From contig JALFDW010000037.1 in assembly GCA_022778545.1 (NCBI GenBank), forward strand, positions 8,020 through 72,019: a stretch of DNA of 64,000 bases, read 5' to 3'. The notes under the pieces were generated by a model. That model made no database searches. It had not been told where the DNA came from and saw only the letters and a program-made list of their open reading frames with translations. The position numbers and the translations under genes were made by a program. Below are positions 27,983 through 38,296 of this stretch, piece by piece (position 1 is the first letter of the stretch; each line of letters opens with the position of its first letter). Origin of the DNA: a bacterium. Its GTDB lineage: Bacteria > Bacillota > Clostridia > Christensenellales > CAG-138.

Positions 27983-28699
27983 TCAATCCGCTGCGCGGAT
28001 CACGCCGAATTCAATGAGCGCAGCACGCGCCGCCTGCTGCCCGGCTTCCTGCTTCGTGCGGCCTTCTCCCGCGCCCGCAGTCTCGCCCGCAACGAGCACG
28101 CGCATGGAAAACGTCTTGTTGTGATCCGGGCCGCTGCTGCCGGTCAGCTCGTAAACGATCGGCCCCATGTGGCGCTTTTGCACATATTCCTGAAGCATAG
28201 TCTTGTGGTCTTTGATGAGCCGTCCGGCCATCGCGTCCACCACGCTCCTGTGGACGAACCGCATGATGAACTCCTTTGCGACCTCCATGCCTCCGTCAAT
28301 GTACAAAGCGCCGATCACCGCTTCCACCGCGTCCGAAAGGATGGAAGGCTTCTCCCTGCCGCCGGAGTGATCCTCCCCGCGGCCAAGAAGGAGCAGCGCG
28401 CCAAGGTCATAGTCCCGCGCCACCTCGTACAACGCGCTCTCGCAGACCGCCTGCGCCCGGAGGCGTGTCATCGCGCCCTCATCGTATTCCGGAAAGCGCA
28501 GATACAGATACTCGCTCGTACAGAGTTCCAGCACAGCATCTCCGAGGAACTCCAAACGCTCGTTGTGCGCGCTTGCACGCCCGTCCCCTTTTACATAGGA
28601 AGTGTGCGTAAGCGCAGTATCCAGCAGCGCCAGATCATGGAACTTGTATGCAAGCCGTTCCTCCAGCGCATTAAGCATTTTTCTTCGCTGAAATTCCAA
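27983..28699 (-). CDS. rnc: Ribonuclease III
   Basis: HNERLEFLGDAVL signature and dsRBD; start placed at TTG after GGAGG (uncertain). Confidence 0.96.
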   Translation of the reverse strand: MEFQRRKMLNALEERLAYKFHDLALLDTALTHTSYVKGDGRASAHNERLEFLGDAVLELCTSEYLYLRFPEYDEGAMTRLRAQAVCESALYEVARDYDLGALLLLGRGEDHSGGREKPSILSDAVEAVIGALYIDGGMEVAKEFIMRFVHRSVVDAMAGRLIKDHKTMLQEYVQKRHMGPIVYELTGSSGPDHNKTFSMRVLVAGETAGAGEGRTKQEAGQQAARAALIEFGVIRAAD

Positions 28700-28715
28700 A
28701 TTATCCTCCACATGC

Positions 28716-28742
28716 CAAAAACCCGCATCGGCGATGCGGGTA
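28716..28742 (-). terminator. acpP terminator (also an attenuation point before rnc)
   Basis: ACCCGCATCG/CGATGCGGGT hairpin with T tract on the minus strand. Confidence 0.65.
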
Positions 28743-28757
28743 TCAGCGAGCCTTCTG

Positions 28758-28979
28758 TTATTTCTTCACATACTTGATGATGTCGCCCACGCAGCGGATG
28801 CCGGGCAGCTCATCGTCCGGAATCTGAATGCCGTACTCCTGCTCAAGATCCATAATAAGCTCAACGATGTCAAGCGAGTCCGCCTTCAGATCCTCGATGA
28901 GCCGGGATTCCATCGTGATTTCCTCTTCCGGGAGGTCAAGCTGCTTTGCGATCGCAGCGCGTACATTTTCAAATTCCAT
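28758..28979 (-). CDS. acpP: Acyl carrier protein
   Basis: DLKADSLDIVEL phosphopantetheine motif. Confidence 0.95.
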   Translation of the reverse strand: MEFENVRAAIAKQLDLPEEEITMESRLIEDLKADSLDIVELIMDLEQEYGIQIPDDELPGIRCVGDIIKYVKK

Positions 28980-29071
28980 GAATTCATACCGCCTTTCCAA
29001 ATGATTCCATGATAAATCCGCCGGCGTCACCGGCTGTTATGCCTTAAGTTTAACTTTTACGGCGCGCTCTG

Positions 29072-30085
29072 TCAATCCTCTTCATCCGGCAGGGCCGCGA
29101 CCGCAGCGCCGATCGCCCCGTTGATGTCCGCCGCGACGAAGCGCCGCGCCTGCATCACCGCGGAACAGAACGCCTTCGCATCCGAGCTGCCGTGAGCCTT
29201 GATAACACCGCCGTTTACGCCAAGGAGCGGAGCCCCGCCGTGTTCCGTGGAATCCATCATCTTTTTCATGCGCCGGAAAGCAGGCTTTGCCAGCAGCGCG
29301 CCGAATTTGGAGCGCGTATCCGCCATCAGCTCCTCCTTGAGCATGGAAAGGATCGTCGCGGAAAGGCCCTCCGTGTACTTGAGCACCACATTGCCGGAGA
29401 AGCCGTCGCACACCAGCACGTCATAATCGCCGGAAAGAATGTCACGCGCTTCGCAGTTGCCCACAAAGTTCACCGGCGCAGCCTGAAGCAGCGGATAGGT
29501 GGCCTTTGTAAGCTCGTTGCCCTTTTCCGCCTCCGCGCCGTTGTTGAGGAGGCCGACGCGCGGGTTTTCAACGCCCGCAACGCCTTTCATATAAGCCGAA
29601 CCCATCACGGCAAACTGCTGCAGATATGCGGGCTTGCAGTCCGCATTCGCACCGCAGTCGATCAGCATCATCTGGCCGCCCGTGCGCGTAGGCAGAAGCG
29701 GCGCGAGCGCCGGGCGTTTTACGCCCTTGATGCGCCGCACAATGAGCGTTGCGCCCGTCAGCAGCGCACCCGTGCTGCCCGCGGAAACGATGCAGTCCGC
29801 CTCGCCGTTTGCGACCGCAGTAAGCGCCTTCACCAGGGAGGAATCCTTCTTGCGTTTGATGGCAAGCGTGGGCGCCTCATGGCAGTCGATCACTTCCTCC
29901 GCGTTGAGCACGGCCATGCGCGCCGCATCAAAGCTGTGCTTTTGCAGCTCGCTCCGGATGGCGTCCTCTTTGCCGCAAAGGGTGATCGTTATGTCGTCAA
30001 AACGGTTGAGCGCAAGCGCCGCGCCCTCCACAACAGCCGCAGGCGCATTGTCGCCGCCGAAAGCATCCATTATGATCCGAATCAT
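29072..30085 (-). CDS. plsX: Phosphate acyltransferase PlsX
   Basis: DAFGGDNAP, SAGSTGA, DCGAN, DGFSGNV, IKAHGSS. Confidence 0.97.
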   Translation of the reverse strand: MIRIIMDAFGGDNAPAAVVEGAALALNRFDDITITLCGKEDAIRSELQKHSFDAARMAVLNAEEVIDCHEAPTLAIKRKKDSSLVKALTAVANGEADCIVSAGSTGALLTGATLIVRRIKGVKRPALAPLLPTRTGGQMMLIDCGANADCKPAYLQQFAVMGSAYMKGVAGVENPRVGLLNNGAEAEKGNELTKATYPLLQAAPVNFVGNCEARDILSGDYDVLVCDGFSGNVVLKYTEGLSATILSMLKEELMADTRSKFGALLAKPAFRRMKKMMDSTEHGGAPLLGVNGGVIKAHGSSDAKAFCSAVMQARRFVAADINGAIGAAVAALPDEED

Positions 30086-30175
30086 TGCAAATCATTCCTT
30101 TGTTAAAAATATGTTTGATTTTACCACGCTGCAGCAGCACTTGTAAACCGCAAAGCCGGGTCAAAGCCGGTTTTA

Positions 30176-30219
30176 AGAAAGAAAAGGGCTTCCGCCCCGA
30201 TTCCGGGAAGGAAGCCCTT
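30176..30219 (-). terminator. rpmF terminator
   Basis: AAGGGCTTCC...GGAAGCCCTT hairpin with T tract. Confidence 0.7.
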
Positions 30220-30246
30220 CAAGTGCAAATCAAAGAACGGAGCGCC

Positions 30247-30435
30247 TTACGCCTTCTGTTCTTCCACTTTGACGACCTGCTTGCCATCGTAATAGCCGCA
30301 CTTTTTGCATACCCGATGAGCCAGCTTGGGCTCATGGCACTGCGCGCACTCCACGATGCCGGGGATGGAAAGCTTCCAGTTCGCCCTGCGCGCATCGCGC
30401 CTCGCCTTCGAAGTTTTTCTCTTGGGGACTGCCAT
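30247..30435 (-). CDS. rpmF: 50S ribosomal protein L32
   Basis: [10 protein letters not shown], CxxC..HRVCxxCGYY. Confidence 0.97.
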   Translation of the reverse strand: MAVPKRKTSKARRDARRANWKLSIPGIVECAQCHEPKLAHRVCKKCGYYDGKQVVKVEEQKA

Positions 30436-30437
30436 GG

Positions 30438-30956
30438 TTACACCTCCTTATCGTCATTCAACAGCGTCTTGAGCGCGGCGAATGGCGATGGTGGTTCTTC
30501 CTCGCCGGCTTCACGCGCGCAGGAGCACTGCGCTGTGTTCAAATCGCACCCACAAACGGGGCATAGCCCGCGGCAGTCCGGCCGGCACACGCTGTAAGGC
30601 TGCATGTTGAGCAGGATCGCGTCGCTGAGCATTTGGCTGATATCAAGCTCCTCACCGGAAAATCCGTAGCACTCGCTGTCCGCGGAAGCGTTTTTTTCAA
30701 AACGCTCATCGAACTGTGCCTCGAACGGTTCCTCGAATTCCTTTGCGCAGCGCGCGCATTGGGAATGCAGTGAGGTGCTCAAAGTACCTTTGACGGAAAA
30801 CCCGCTGCCATCGAACACATATTCCGCTTTCACGGAGACCGGCGCGGCAAACCGGATGACCCGCCCCAGATATTCCATATCCTGAAACGGTTCGGCTGCC
30901 CGGAATGTGCCGGTGCGCCCGGGGAGCTTCAGCTCCAAAGCTACGGGTATTTTCAT
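30438..30956 (-). CDS. YceD/DUF177 family protein
   Basis: CARC and [13 protein letters not shown] motifs; upstream of rpmF. Confidence 0.92.
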   Translation of the reverse strand: MKIPVALELKLPGRTGTFRAAEPFQDMEYLGRVIRFAAPVSVKAEYVFDGSGFSVKGTLSTSLHSQCARCAKEFEEPFEAQFDERFEKNASADSECYGFSGEELDISQMLSDAILLNMQPYSVCRPDCRGLCPVCGCDLNTAQCSCAREAGEEEPPSPFAALKTLLNDDKEV

Positions 30957-31036
30957 CGAAAGTCAACCTCGTTTATTTTATCCATTGCCTTATTGTTTGT
31001 CAACAATATTTTCCGGATTCATGTCCTTTTCCTGCG

Positions 31037-32248
31037 TTATTTCGCAGCGAGGGCCGCGGTATCGCGCGCGATGACCATCTCTTCATCGGTCGGGATCACG
31101 AATACCTTCACGCGGCTGCCCTTCACGCTGATCTCGGCTTCTTCGCCGCGCGGGCAGGTCTGGTTCGCCTCGCGGTCAAACTCCACGCCAAGATAGCCGA
31201 GGTCGCCCGCGATCGCTTCGCGGATCGCACGGTCGTTCTCGCCTACGCCCGCCGTGAACACGATCGCGTCCACGCCGCCGAGCGCCGCCGCATAAGCGCC
31301 GATGTACTTCTTTACCTTGTAAGCAAAGGTCTTGAGCGCAAGCTTCGCCCGCTCGTTGCCTTCCTTTGCCGCTTCGTCCAGGTCGCGGAAGTCGCTCGAT
31401 ACGCCGGAGATGCCGAGCACGCCGCTCTTCTTGTTCATGTAGGTGTCGATGCCCTTCTTGTCGAGATCGAGCTTCTCCATGAGGTAGGTGACGATCGCGG
31501 GGTCCATGTCGCCGCAGCGGGTGCCCATCGGCACGCCCTCAAGCGGCGTAAGGCCCATGGAGGTATCGATGCACTTGCCGCCCTTTACAGCTGCAATGCT
31601 CGAGCCGTTGCCCAGGTGGCAGGTGATGACGCGCGTCTGCTCCGCGGGAATGCCAAGCTTTTCGAGTTTTTCGATGGCACGGCCGGAAACATACAGGTGG
31701 GAGGTACCATGGAAGCCGTAGCGGCGGACCATGAGGTCGGTATACGCTTCATACGGCAGGCCGTAGAGGAACGCTTCCGGCGGCATGGTCTGATGGAACG
31801 CGGTATCGAACACGGCGACCATCGGGGTGTTGGGCATGATTGCGCGGCAGGCGTCGATGCCCATGAGGTTGGCGGGGTTGTGCAGCGGTGCAAGATCCGT
31901 GAGGCTCTTGACGGCCTCGATCAGCTCGTCGGTGATGAGCGCGGACTTCGCGAACTTTTCGCCGCCATGGACGATGCGGTGACCGACCGCGTCGATCTCA
32001 TCCATGCTCTTCACAACGCCGATCTTGGGATCGACAAGCGCGTCGAGCACCATGCGGATGGCGTCGGTATGATCCTTCATGTCCTGCTTGAACTCATGCT
32101 TGTCACCGCCGGCAGGCTTATAAGTCAGCATGGAGCCGCCGATGCCGATGCGCTCGCAAAGGCCCTTTGCGATCACGTTGCCGTTGTCCACGTCAATGAG
32201 CTGATACTTGAGGGAAGAACTTCCCGCGTTGATGACCAGTACTTTCAT
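31037..32248 (-). CDS. ackA: Acetate kinase
   Basis: INAGSSSLK, GHRIVHGG, APLHNP, RRYGFHGTSH, FTAGVGEN, PTDEE. Confidence 0.98.
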   Translation of the reverse strand: MKVLVINAGSSSLKYQLIDVDNGNVIAKGLCERIGIGGSMLTYKPAGGDKHEFKQDMKDHTDAIRMVLDALVDPKIGVVKSMDEIDAVGHRIVHGGEKFAKSALITDELIEAVKSLTDLAPLHNPANLMGIDACRAIMPNTPMVAVFDTAFHQTMPPEAFLYGLPYEAYTDLMVRRYGFHGTSHLYVSGRAIEKLEKLGIPAEQTRVITCHLGNGSSIAAVKGGKCIDTSMGLTPLEGVPMGTRCGDMDPAIVTYLMEKLDLDKKGIDTYMNKKSGVLGISGVSSDFRDLDEAAKEGNERAKLALKTFAYKVKKYIGAYAAALGGVDAIVFTAGVGENDRAIREAIAGDLGYLGVEFDREANQTCPRGEEAEISVKGSRVKVFVIPTDEEMVIARDTAALAAK

Positions 32249-32263
32249 CTTTGTTTCTCCTTT

Positions 32264-33268
32264 TTATTTCGCCATGTTCTGCGCCTGCACAGCCGTAATG
32301 GCCACGACGGAGACGATATCCTCTACGCTGCAGCCGCGGGAAAGATCGTTGATGGGTTTGCGGAAGCCCTGGCAGATCGGGCCCGTTGCCTCTGCACCCG
32401 CAAGGCGCTGCACAAGCTTGTAGCCGATGTTGCCTGCCTCAAGGCTCGGGAACACGAGCACGTTGGCTTTGCCTGCAACGGGGCTGCCGGGGGACTTGAG
32501 CTGGCCGACCTTCTCGATGAGCGCCGCATCCGCCTGAAGCTCGCCATCCACGTTGAGGTTCGGCGCAAGCTCCTTGACCATTGCCGTCGCCGCGACAACC
32601 TTATCCACGTTTTCATGCTTCGCGCTGCCTTTGGTGGAGAAAGAAAGCATCGCAACGCGCGGATCGATGCCGCAGAGCGCCTTTCCGGTTTCCGCGGAAG
32701 CAACCGCGATGGAAGCAAGCTGTTCCGACGTGGGAGCGATGTTCACCGCGCAATCCGCAAAGATCATCACGCCGTCGTCGCCAAACGCCTTGTTCGGGAT
32801 CTCCATGATGAAGCAGCTCGATACGGTGTTCATGCCGGGGGCCATCTTGATGATCTGGAGACCCGGGCGCAGCGTGTCCGCCGTGGTGCAGATCGCGCCG
32901 GCGACCATGCCGTCCACCTTGTCGTCATAGAGCATCATCGCGCCGAAGAACATGGTGTCCTTCATGGACTTCTCGGCCTTCTCGGGCGTCATGCCCTTGG
33001 CCTTGCGCATTTCATAAAACTCATTCACATAGCGTCCGAAATCGGGCGAATCGACAGGGTTCACGATTTCAACGCCCGAGAGGCATACGCCGAGCGTTTC
33101 CGCCTTGGCTTTGATCGCTTCGGGGTTGCCGAGCAGCGTCAGTTTGGCGATGCCTTCCTTGGTGATGATCTCCGCCGCGCGGATGGTGCGTTCTTCCTCG
33201 CCCTCAGGCAGCACGACGTGCTTTACGTCAGCCTTTGCTTTTACTTTGATCTTGTCGAGAACGGACAT
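32264..33268 (-). CDS. pta: Phosphate acetyltransferase
   Basis: LPEGEEER, LSFSTKGS, DGELQADAA, GNIGYK, DLSRGC. Confidence 0.97.
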   Translation of the reverse strand: MSVLDKIKVKAKADVKHVVLPEGEEERTIRAAEIITKEGIAKLTLLGNPEAIKAKAETLGVCLSGVEIVNPVDSPDFGRYVNEFYEMRKAKGMTPEKAEKSMKDTMFFGAMMLYDDKVDGMVAGAICTTADTLRPGLQIIKMAPGMNTVSSCFIMEIPNKAFGDDGVMIFADCAVNIAPTSEQLASIAVASAETGKALCGIDPRVAMLSFSTKGSAKHENVDKVVAATAMVKELAPNLNVDGELQADAALIEKVGQLKSPGSPVAGKANVLVFPSLEAGNIGYKLVQRLAGAEATGPICQGFRKPINDLSRGCSVEDIVSVVAITAVQAQNMAK

Positions 33269-33458
33269 TTTGGAATGATCTCCTTTCGAAACTCTTGTGT
33301 TCGGTGGGCATTTCGCCCTAACTTGGATATTATAGCACAATATATCGTTTTCGCCTACCGGCACAACTGCAATTTTGCAGGATAAATTGCAGTTTTTTCC
33401 GTGTGCAGCCCCGCTTTATGCTATAATCATAGCATATTCTGATTCGCGGAGGGATCCC

Positions 33459-34676
33459 ATGCAGCCCGCAGTCGGCATCATTGCGGAATACAACCCGTTC
33501 CACAACGGGCATGCCCATCACCTTTCCCGTGCAAAGGCGCTTTCCGGCTGCCCGTATGCGATCGTCATCATGAGCGGCAGCTTCGTGCAGCGCGGAGAAC
33601 CTGCGGCGTTCGATAAGTTTCAGCGCGCGCGCTGGGCCCTGTTCCATGGGGCGGATCTTGTGTTTGAGCTGCCCGCCTCCTTCGCCTGCGCAGGCGCGGA
33701 GCGTTTTGCGGCAGGCGGCGTTGCCGCGCTCGCAGCGACCGGGCTTGTTTCCGCGCTCGCTTTCGGCGCGGAGCATGCGGACCTTGCGCTGCTCTCTTCC
33801 CTGGCTTTTTACGGCGAAACGCCCGCATCTTCAGAGCGCGTTTCCTTCCACCTCAAACAGGGTCTTTCCTTCCCTGCGGCACGCGCCCGGGCTTATGCCG
33901 AAACGTTCCCCCAACCGGGCGAAGCGGAAGCCTTTGCCGCGCCCAACAACATCCTTGCCTTTGAATACCTGAAAGCGCTCCGGGCGCTTGCGCCGGGCAT
34001 CACGCCCATCCCCGTCGCCCGCACAGGCGCAGTCCATGACGCACCCGGCATTGACGCAGAATCGGGCTTTGCAAGCGCCTCCTCCCTGCGGGAAGCAATC
34101 CGCCTGGGTGAAATATATTCCGTGCGAAGCGCTGTGCCCGAGGATGTCGCCGCAGAAATCGAATCCGCCGTTTCGGAACAGCGTGCGCCAAAGGGCGCGG
34201 AGCGCCTTTCCGACGCGATCCTGTATGCGCTGCGCAAGTGCAGCCGCGCGGAGCTTGCAGCTCTCCCCGATGTAGGAGAAGGGCTCGAAAACGTGCTGTA
34301 TGAAAAAGCGCGCGCCGCCGTGGATTACCCCGCCTTTCTTGCCGCCGTCAAGACCCGGCGCTATACGCTCGCCCGCCTCCGGCGCATTTCCATGCATGCA
34401 CTCCTCGGCGTGGATAAGACGTTCCTTGCGCGCCATCCTGCGCCGCGTTACCTGCGCGTGCTCGGCGTGCGGCGGGACGCACTTGCGCTGCTCTCCGCGC
34501 TTTCCGAACACGCTTCGCTCCCGATTGTGACCGGCCATGAGGGCTATGCAGCACTCGATGCAGCTGCAAAGGAGCAGTTTGACCTCGACCTTTTCTCAGG
34601 GGAGCTGCTTGCCATGGCCTCCCCCACGCCCGAACCCGCAAAGAACGAGTTTTTGCGCCCGCTGCTGATCGTTTAA
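33459..34676 (+). CDS. tmcAL: tRNA(Met) cytidine acetate ligase (YlbM/TmcAL)
   Basis: GIIAEYNPFHNGH, MSGSFVQRGEP, PNNILA. Confidence 0.92.
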   Translation: MQPAVGIIAEYNPFHNGHAHHLSRAKALSGCPYAIVIMSGSFVQRGEPAAFDKFQRARWALFHGADLVFELPASFACAGAERFAAGGVAALAATGLVSALAFGAEHADLALLSSLAFYGETPASSERVSFHLKQGLSFPAARARAYAETFPQPGEAEAFAAPNNILAFEYLKALRALAPGITPIPVARTGAVHDAPGIDAESGFASASSLREAIRLGEIYSVRSAVPEDVAAEIESAVSEQRAPKGAERLSDAILYALRKCSRAELAALPDVGEGLENVLYEKARAAVDYPAFLAAVKTRRYTLARLRRISMHALLGVDKTFLARHPAPRYLRVLGVRRDALALLSALSEHASLPIVTGHEGYAALDAAAKEQFDLDLFSGELLAMASPTPEPAKNEFLRPLLIV

Positions 34677-34696
34677 CCGACTTTCCGGTTCCGCAC

Positions 34697-34724
34697 CATA
34701 TCTAAAGATGCAGGCGCATAGAAT
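34697..34724 (+). promoter_or_regulatory. Putative sigma-E promoter of ylbJ-like gene
   Basis: CATA-16 bp-CATAGAAT matches ATA-16/18-CATAcanT. Confidence 0.55.
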
Positions 34725-34729
34725 AAAGC

Positions 34730-35794
34730 ATGAAACGAAAGCTTGCTTTGTTCGCCTGCGCGCTCATCTGCGCGCTTCTCATTGCCTTTAACCCGGACGC
34801 CATGGCCGCTGCGCGGGAGGGGTATGCCCTTTGGCGGGATTCCGTCCTGCCCGCGCTCCTGCCCTTCTTCGTCTGCACTTCGCTGATGCGCCAGATGGGC
34901 GCGCTTCAAAATGGGAATACCGCCGCGCTCTTTGCGCTCGCGTTCATTTCGGGCGCACCCGGCGGTGCGCGACTCTCTCAGCAGTACATGACGGATGGCG
35001 AAGCGGACGGTGGCCTCACCTGCCTTGCGGCCTCGCTCAATACCGTAAGCCCCATGTATATCGCCGGCACGTTCGCCTCAGGCATGCTCGGCACACCGCA
35101 GGCAGCGTTGCCCATCCTCGCTGCACAGTTCCTTTCCGCGCTCATACTTACGCTGCTCGTGCGGAAGGCGTATGGGCCCGTGCTTACCGCAGGTGTCCCG
35201 GAGCAAACGCTCCCCTTTTCCCGCATTTTTGCCGCCAGCGTAGCGGAAGCCGTATCCTCCCTGCTTTCCATCTGCGGTACGATCATCTTCTTTCTCGTTT
35301 TTACCCGCCTCCTCGCCGCCACGGGCTTGCTTGCCGTTCTGCTCTGGCCGTTCCGCACGCTTCTTTCCCTGTTCGGCCATGATGGCGCGCTTGCAGAAGC
35401 CGTTTTTTCCGGCATGCTGGAAATGACAGCCGGTTCAAAGGCGCTTGCCGAGGCAGGGCTGCCGCTGCGCACAGCCGCAAGCGCGGGTGCGTTTCTTTTT
35501 TCCTTCGGTGGCCTCTGCATCACCATGCAGTCCATGCTGTTCCTTCCGGTCCGGCTTCGGCAGTATCTCCCGCTCAAGTTCGCGCAGGGCGTGCTTTCCG
35601 CGCTGCTGTGCTATTTTCTTTTCCCCCTCTGCTTCCCGGGCGCGGCGCAAACGGGGTTTGTGAGCGGCGAAACGCTGGCAGAAAACGCGCTTACCGCAAC
35701 GGCCATCTTCGCAGTCTCGCTGCTCGGCGTAGGGGCGGTGCTTCTGTTCTCCGCCATCGTAGGGAAGCGCCGCCATATGCGCCTTAGAAAATGA
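34730..35794 (+). CDS. ylbJ: Sporulation integral membrane protein YlbJ-like
   Basis: VLPALLPF, SGAPGGA, GMLEMTAG, FGGLCI; multi-TM; next to coaD/tmcAL. Confidence 0.75.
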   Translation: MKRKLALFACALICALLIAFNPDAMAAAREGYALWRDSVLPALLPFFVCTSLMRQMGALQNGNTAALFALAFISGAPGGARLSQQYMTDGEADGGLTCLAASLNTVSPMYIAGTFASGMLGTPQAALPILAAQFLSALILTLLVRKAYGPVLTAGVPEQTLPFSRIFAASVAEAVSSLLSICGTIIFFLVFTRLLAATGLLAVLLWPFRTLLSLFGHDGALAEAVFSGMLEMTAGSKALAEAGLPLRTAASAGAFLFSFGGLCITMQSMLFLPVRLRQYLPLKFAQGVLSALLCYFLFPLCFPGAAQTGFVSGETLAENALTATAIFAVSLLGVGAVLLFSAIVGKRRHMRLRK

Positions 35795-35853
35795 GCATGC
35801 AAAAGCGGCTCCCGCAACTGCTGCGGAAGCCGCCGGAAAACCGGTGAAAGCCG

Positions 35854-36621
35854 TTATTCCTCGTCATCAAAGTCGATATCCTCGACCTTCTTTTTGCGTT
35901 TGAAGAGGCTGCTCAGGAAGCCACCCTTCGCCTCGTCTTCATAGTCATCTTCCTCATCGTCGAAATCGTCGAACGCATCCCCTTCCGGCTCTGGGGCGGG
36001 CTTCGTCTTGCGGTGTGGCTGCGCGGCAGGCTGCTGCACAGGCTGCTGCGCCTCCGGCTGCGGCGCGCTCTGGGGTTCCTGGGCGCGCGCATCGAGATCC
36101 TTTCGGTTGATGGCGACAAGCTGCTTGTACTCGCCGAGGAAGCTTTCAAGATCCTTGAGCACATCGTCCGCATAGCACTTTGCGTTCTCAAACACAAGGC
36201 TTGCATTCGCTTCCGCCTTTTTGGCAAGGAGTTCCGCGCGCCGCTGCGCTTCCTGATAGATCTCATCCTCCTGCACAAGGCGTTCATATTCCTGCTTTGC
36301 CTTTTCGACGATATCATCCGCAGTGGCGTGTGCCTGCGCGATGAGCCTGTCAGACTCCGCCTGCGCATTTGTCACAAGCTCACGGGCATGCTCATCCGCA
36401 TTGTCGATCATCGTCTGGGCTTCGATCATCACGCTGTTTGCGCGCCGAATATCTTCCGGGATGGTGACCTTCAGGTCACCCAGAAGGTCGATCATCTCCT
36501 CCGCGTCGATCACGCGCTTGTTCGCGCCGTTGCTGAGCTTCGGCTTCGGGCTGCGCTCGATCATATCCTCAAGCTGGCCGATAATGGTGAAAATCTGCAT
36601 GTTCTGCGTGTTATTGCTCAT
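35854..36621 (-). CDS. Conserved coiled-coil protein (DivIVA/ATP synthase b-like repeats) with acidic tail
   Basis: LEDMIE..., IPEDIRRA, Ala/Glu-rich helices, YADDVL; downstream of coaD. Confidence 0.75.
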   Translation of the reverse strand: MSNNTQNMQIFTIIGQLEDMIERSPKPKLSNGANKRVIDAEEMIDLLGDLKVTIPEDIRRANSVMIEAQTMIDNADEHARELVTNAQAESDRLIAQAHATADDIVEKAKQEYERLVQEDEIYQEAQRRAELLAKKAEANASLVFENAKCYADDVLKDLESFLGEYKQLVAINRKDLDARAQEPQSAPQPEAQQPVQQPAAQPHRKTKPAPEPEGDAFDDFDDEEDDYEDEAKGGFLSSLFKRKKKVEDIDFDDEE

Positions 36622-37105
36622 CGCTTTTGACCCTTTCTGCGATTATTTTATATATTTGATCGGGCACAAGCCCGCTTATGCCGGCTCCTGAGGCCATAAG
36701 CATGCGCACGGCGCTCGAGCTGATGTGCACATGCGCGGGATCGGAGGCAAGATAGACCGTTTCGAGTTCCGACGCCATACGCCGGTTATAGTATTCCATG
36801 GGGTATTCATAATCGAAATCCGCGCCGCTGCGGAGTCCGCGCACGTTGTAGCGCGCGCCCACGGAATGCGCAAAATCCACCAGAAGCCCCGAAAACACCG
36901 AAACGCTGGCATTTTCTATCCCCGCTTCCCGCACTGCGGCTTCGATCATGCCGCGGCGTTCCTCCGGCGTAAAGAGCGGGTGCTTCCCCGGGTTGACGAG
37001 CACGCCCACATGCACCTCATCAAACAGCACCGCCGCGCGGCGCAGCACATCCATGTGGCCAATAGTGAACGGGTCAAAGGATCCTGCAAAGATCGCTTTT
37101 TTCAT
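36611..37105 (-). CDS. coaD: Pantetheine-phosphate adenylyltransferase
   Basis: GSFDPFTIGH, VRGLR..DFDYE, ISSS. Confidence 0.97.
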   Translation of the reverse strand: MKKAIFAGSFDPFTIGHMDVLRRAAVLFDEVHVGVLVNPGKHPLFTPEERRGMIEAAVREAGIENASVSVFSGLLVDFAHSVGARYNVRGLRSGADFDYEYPMEYYNRRMASELETVYLASDPAHVHISSSAVRMLMASGAGISGLVPDQIYKIIAERVKSDEQ

Positions 37106-37656
37106 GCCGGTTTCTCCTCGAAGATGGAAAGGCCCGCAATGCCGTATTTCCGCCGGTCCACAAGCACAAAGCCTTCCGGCGTTTCGGGCGGCAGGTTCGC
37201 GGCATGCTCCGCGATGACGCGGCAGCCCGGCGCAAGCACGCCCGCCGTCTTCAGACAGACGAGCGTTTCTTCAAGAAGCCCTGCCCGGTACGGCGGGTCA
37301 AGAAAGACCAGCCCAAACCAGAACCCGGCGCGCGCCGCAGCCTGGATCGCCGCGCGGTAATCGAGCGAATACACGGCAGCCTGCCGCGTAAAGCCAAGCT
37401 TTTCCACGTTTGCGCGCACGATGGCAACGCTCTCGCGCGCCGCGTCGTTGAAAACGGCATACTCCGCCCCGCGGGAAAGCGCCTCAAGGCCCAGGCTGCC
37501 CGAACCCGCGAACAGGTCGAGCACCGTCTTCCCTGCGATCTCGAACTGGATGATCCCGAAGAGAGATTCCCTGACCCTGTCAAGCGTTGGGCGTGTTTCA
37601 CGCCCCTTCGGCGCGGCGATGGCCTGCCCGCGCTTTGTGCCGGCAATAATGCGCAA
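37102..37656 (-). CDS. rsmD: 16S rRNA m2G966 methyltransferase
   Basis: TTG start after GGAGG; RIIAG, RPTLDRVRESLF, LDLFAGSG, DPPY. Confidence 0.95.
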   Translation of the reverse strand: MRIIAGTKRGQAIAAPKGRETRPTLDRVRESLFGIIQFEIAGKTVLDLFAGSGSLGLEALSRGAEYAVFNDAARESVAIVRANVEKLGFTRQAAVYSLDYRAAIQAAARAGFWFGLVFLDPPYRAGLLEETLVCLKTAGVLAPGCRVIAEHAANLPPETPEGFVLVDRRKYGIAGLSIFEEKPA

Positions 37657-37708
37657 TGGCTTCCTCCATAAATCAATTCGTAGTATTTTAACATTGATCC
37701 ATGCCCGC

Positions 37709-38296
37709 TTACAAGCACGAATACATTTTATTAACAATTATTCCATTGTTTTCCGCAATGAGATCCATTTTCGCGTCCCATTTGCCGCATGGAACCGCGG
37801 TAACGACCTGAAAATCAAACGCAAGGCCGGCCTTTACGCCGGAGATCTCCGGCAAAAGGCGGTCATAATACCCTGCGCCCCGGCCAAGCCTGCTGCAATC
37901 CTTTCCAAAGGCCAATCCGGGAATGATGGCAAAATCGACCTCACCCGGCGCGACGCGCCTGCACCGCGCGGGGACCGGCTCCAGAATGCCGTATTTTCCG
38001 GGCAGGAGCGCATCCGGGAGAACCGGTTCATAAAGCGCGAGGCGGTTCTCCGCAAGGCACAGCGGGAAAGCCACCCGTTTGCCCGCCGCCCGCGCGGCAT
38101 CAACAGCCGCCGCAGGGTCGCACTCCCCGGGCATGGCGCAATAGGCGAGCACCACTGCGGCGTTTTGAAACGTGGGGAGTGCCTGAAGCTGCGCACAGGC
38201 CCCGGCAGAACGGGAAATGCGTCCCTCCGGGGAAAGCGCACGCAGGCGCGCGCGCATGTCGCGGCGCAGCGCCTGCTTTTCCTCGGAAAGCGTCAT
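37709..38296 (-). CDS. 5-formyltetrahydrofolate cyclo-ligase
   Basis: KQALRR, YGILEP, PGLAF, RLGRGAGYYDR. Confidence 0.93.
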   Translation of the reverse strand: MTLSEEKQALRRDMRARLRALSPEGRISRSAGACAQLQALPTFQNAAVVLAYCAMPGECDPAAAVDAARAAGKRVAFPLCLAENRLALYEPVLPDALLPGKYGILEPVPARCRRVAPGEVDFAIIPGLAFGKDCSRLGRGAGYYDRLLPEISGVKAGLAFDFQVVTAVPCGKWDAKMDLIAENNGIIVNKMYSCL

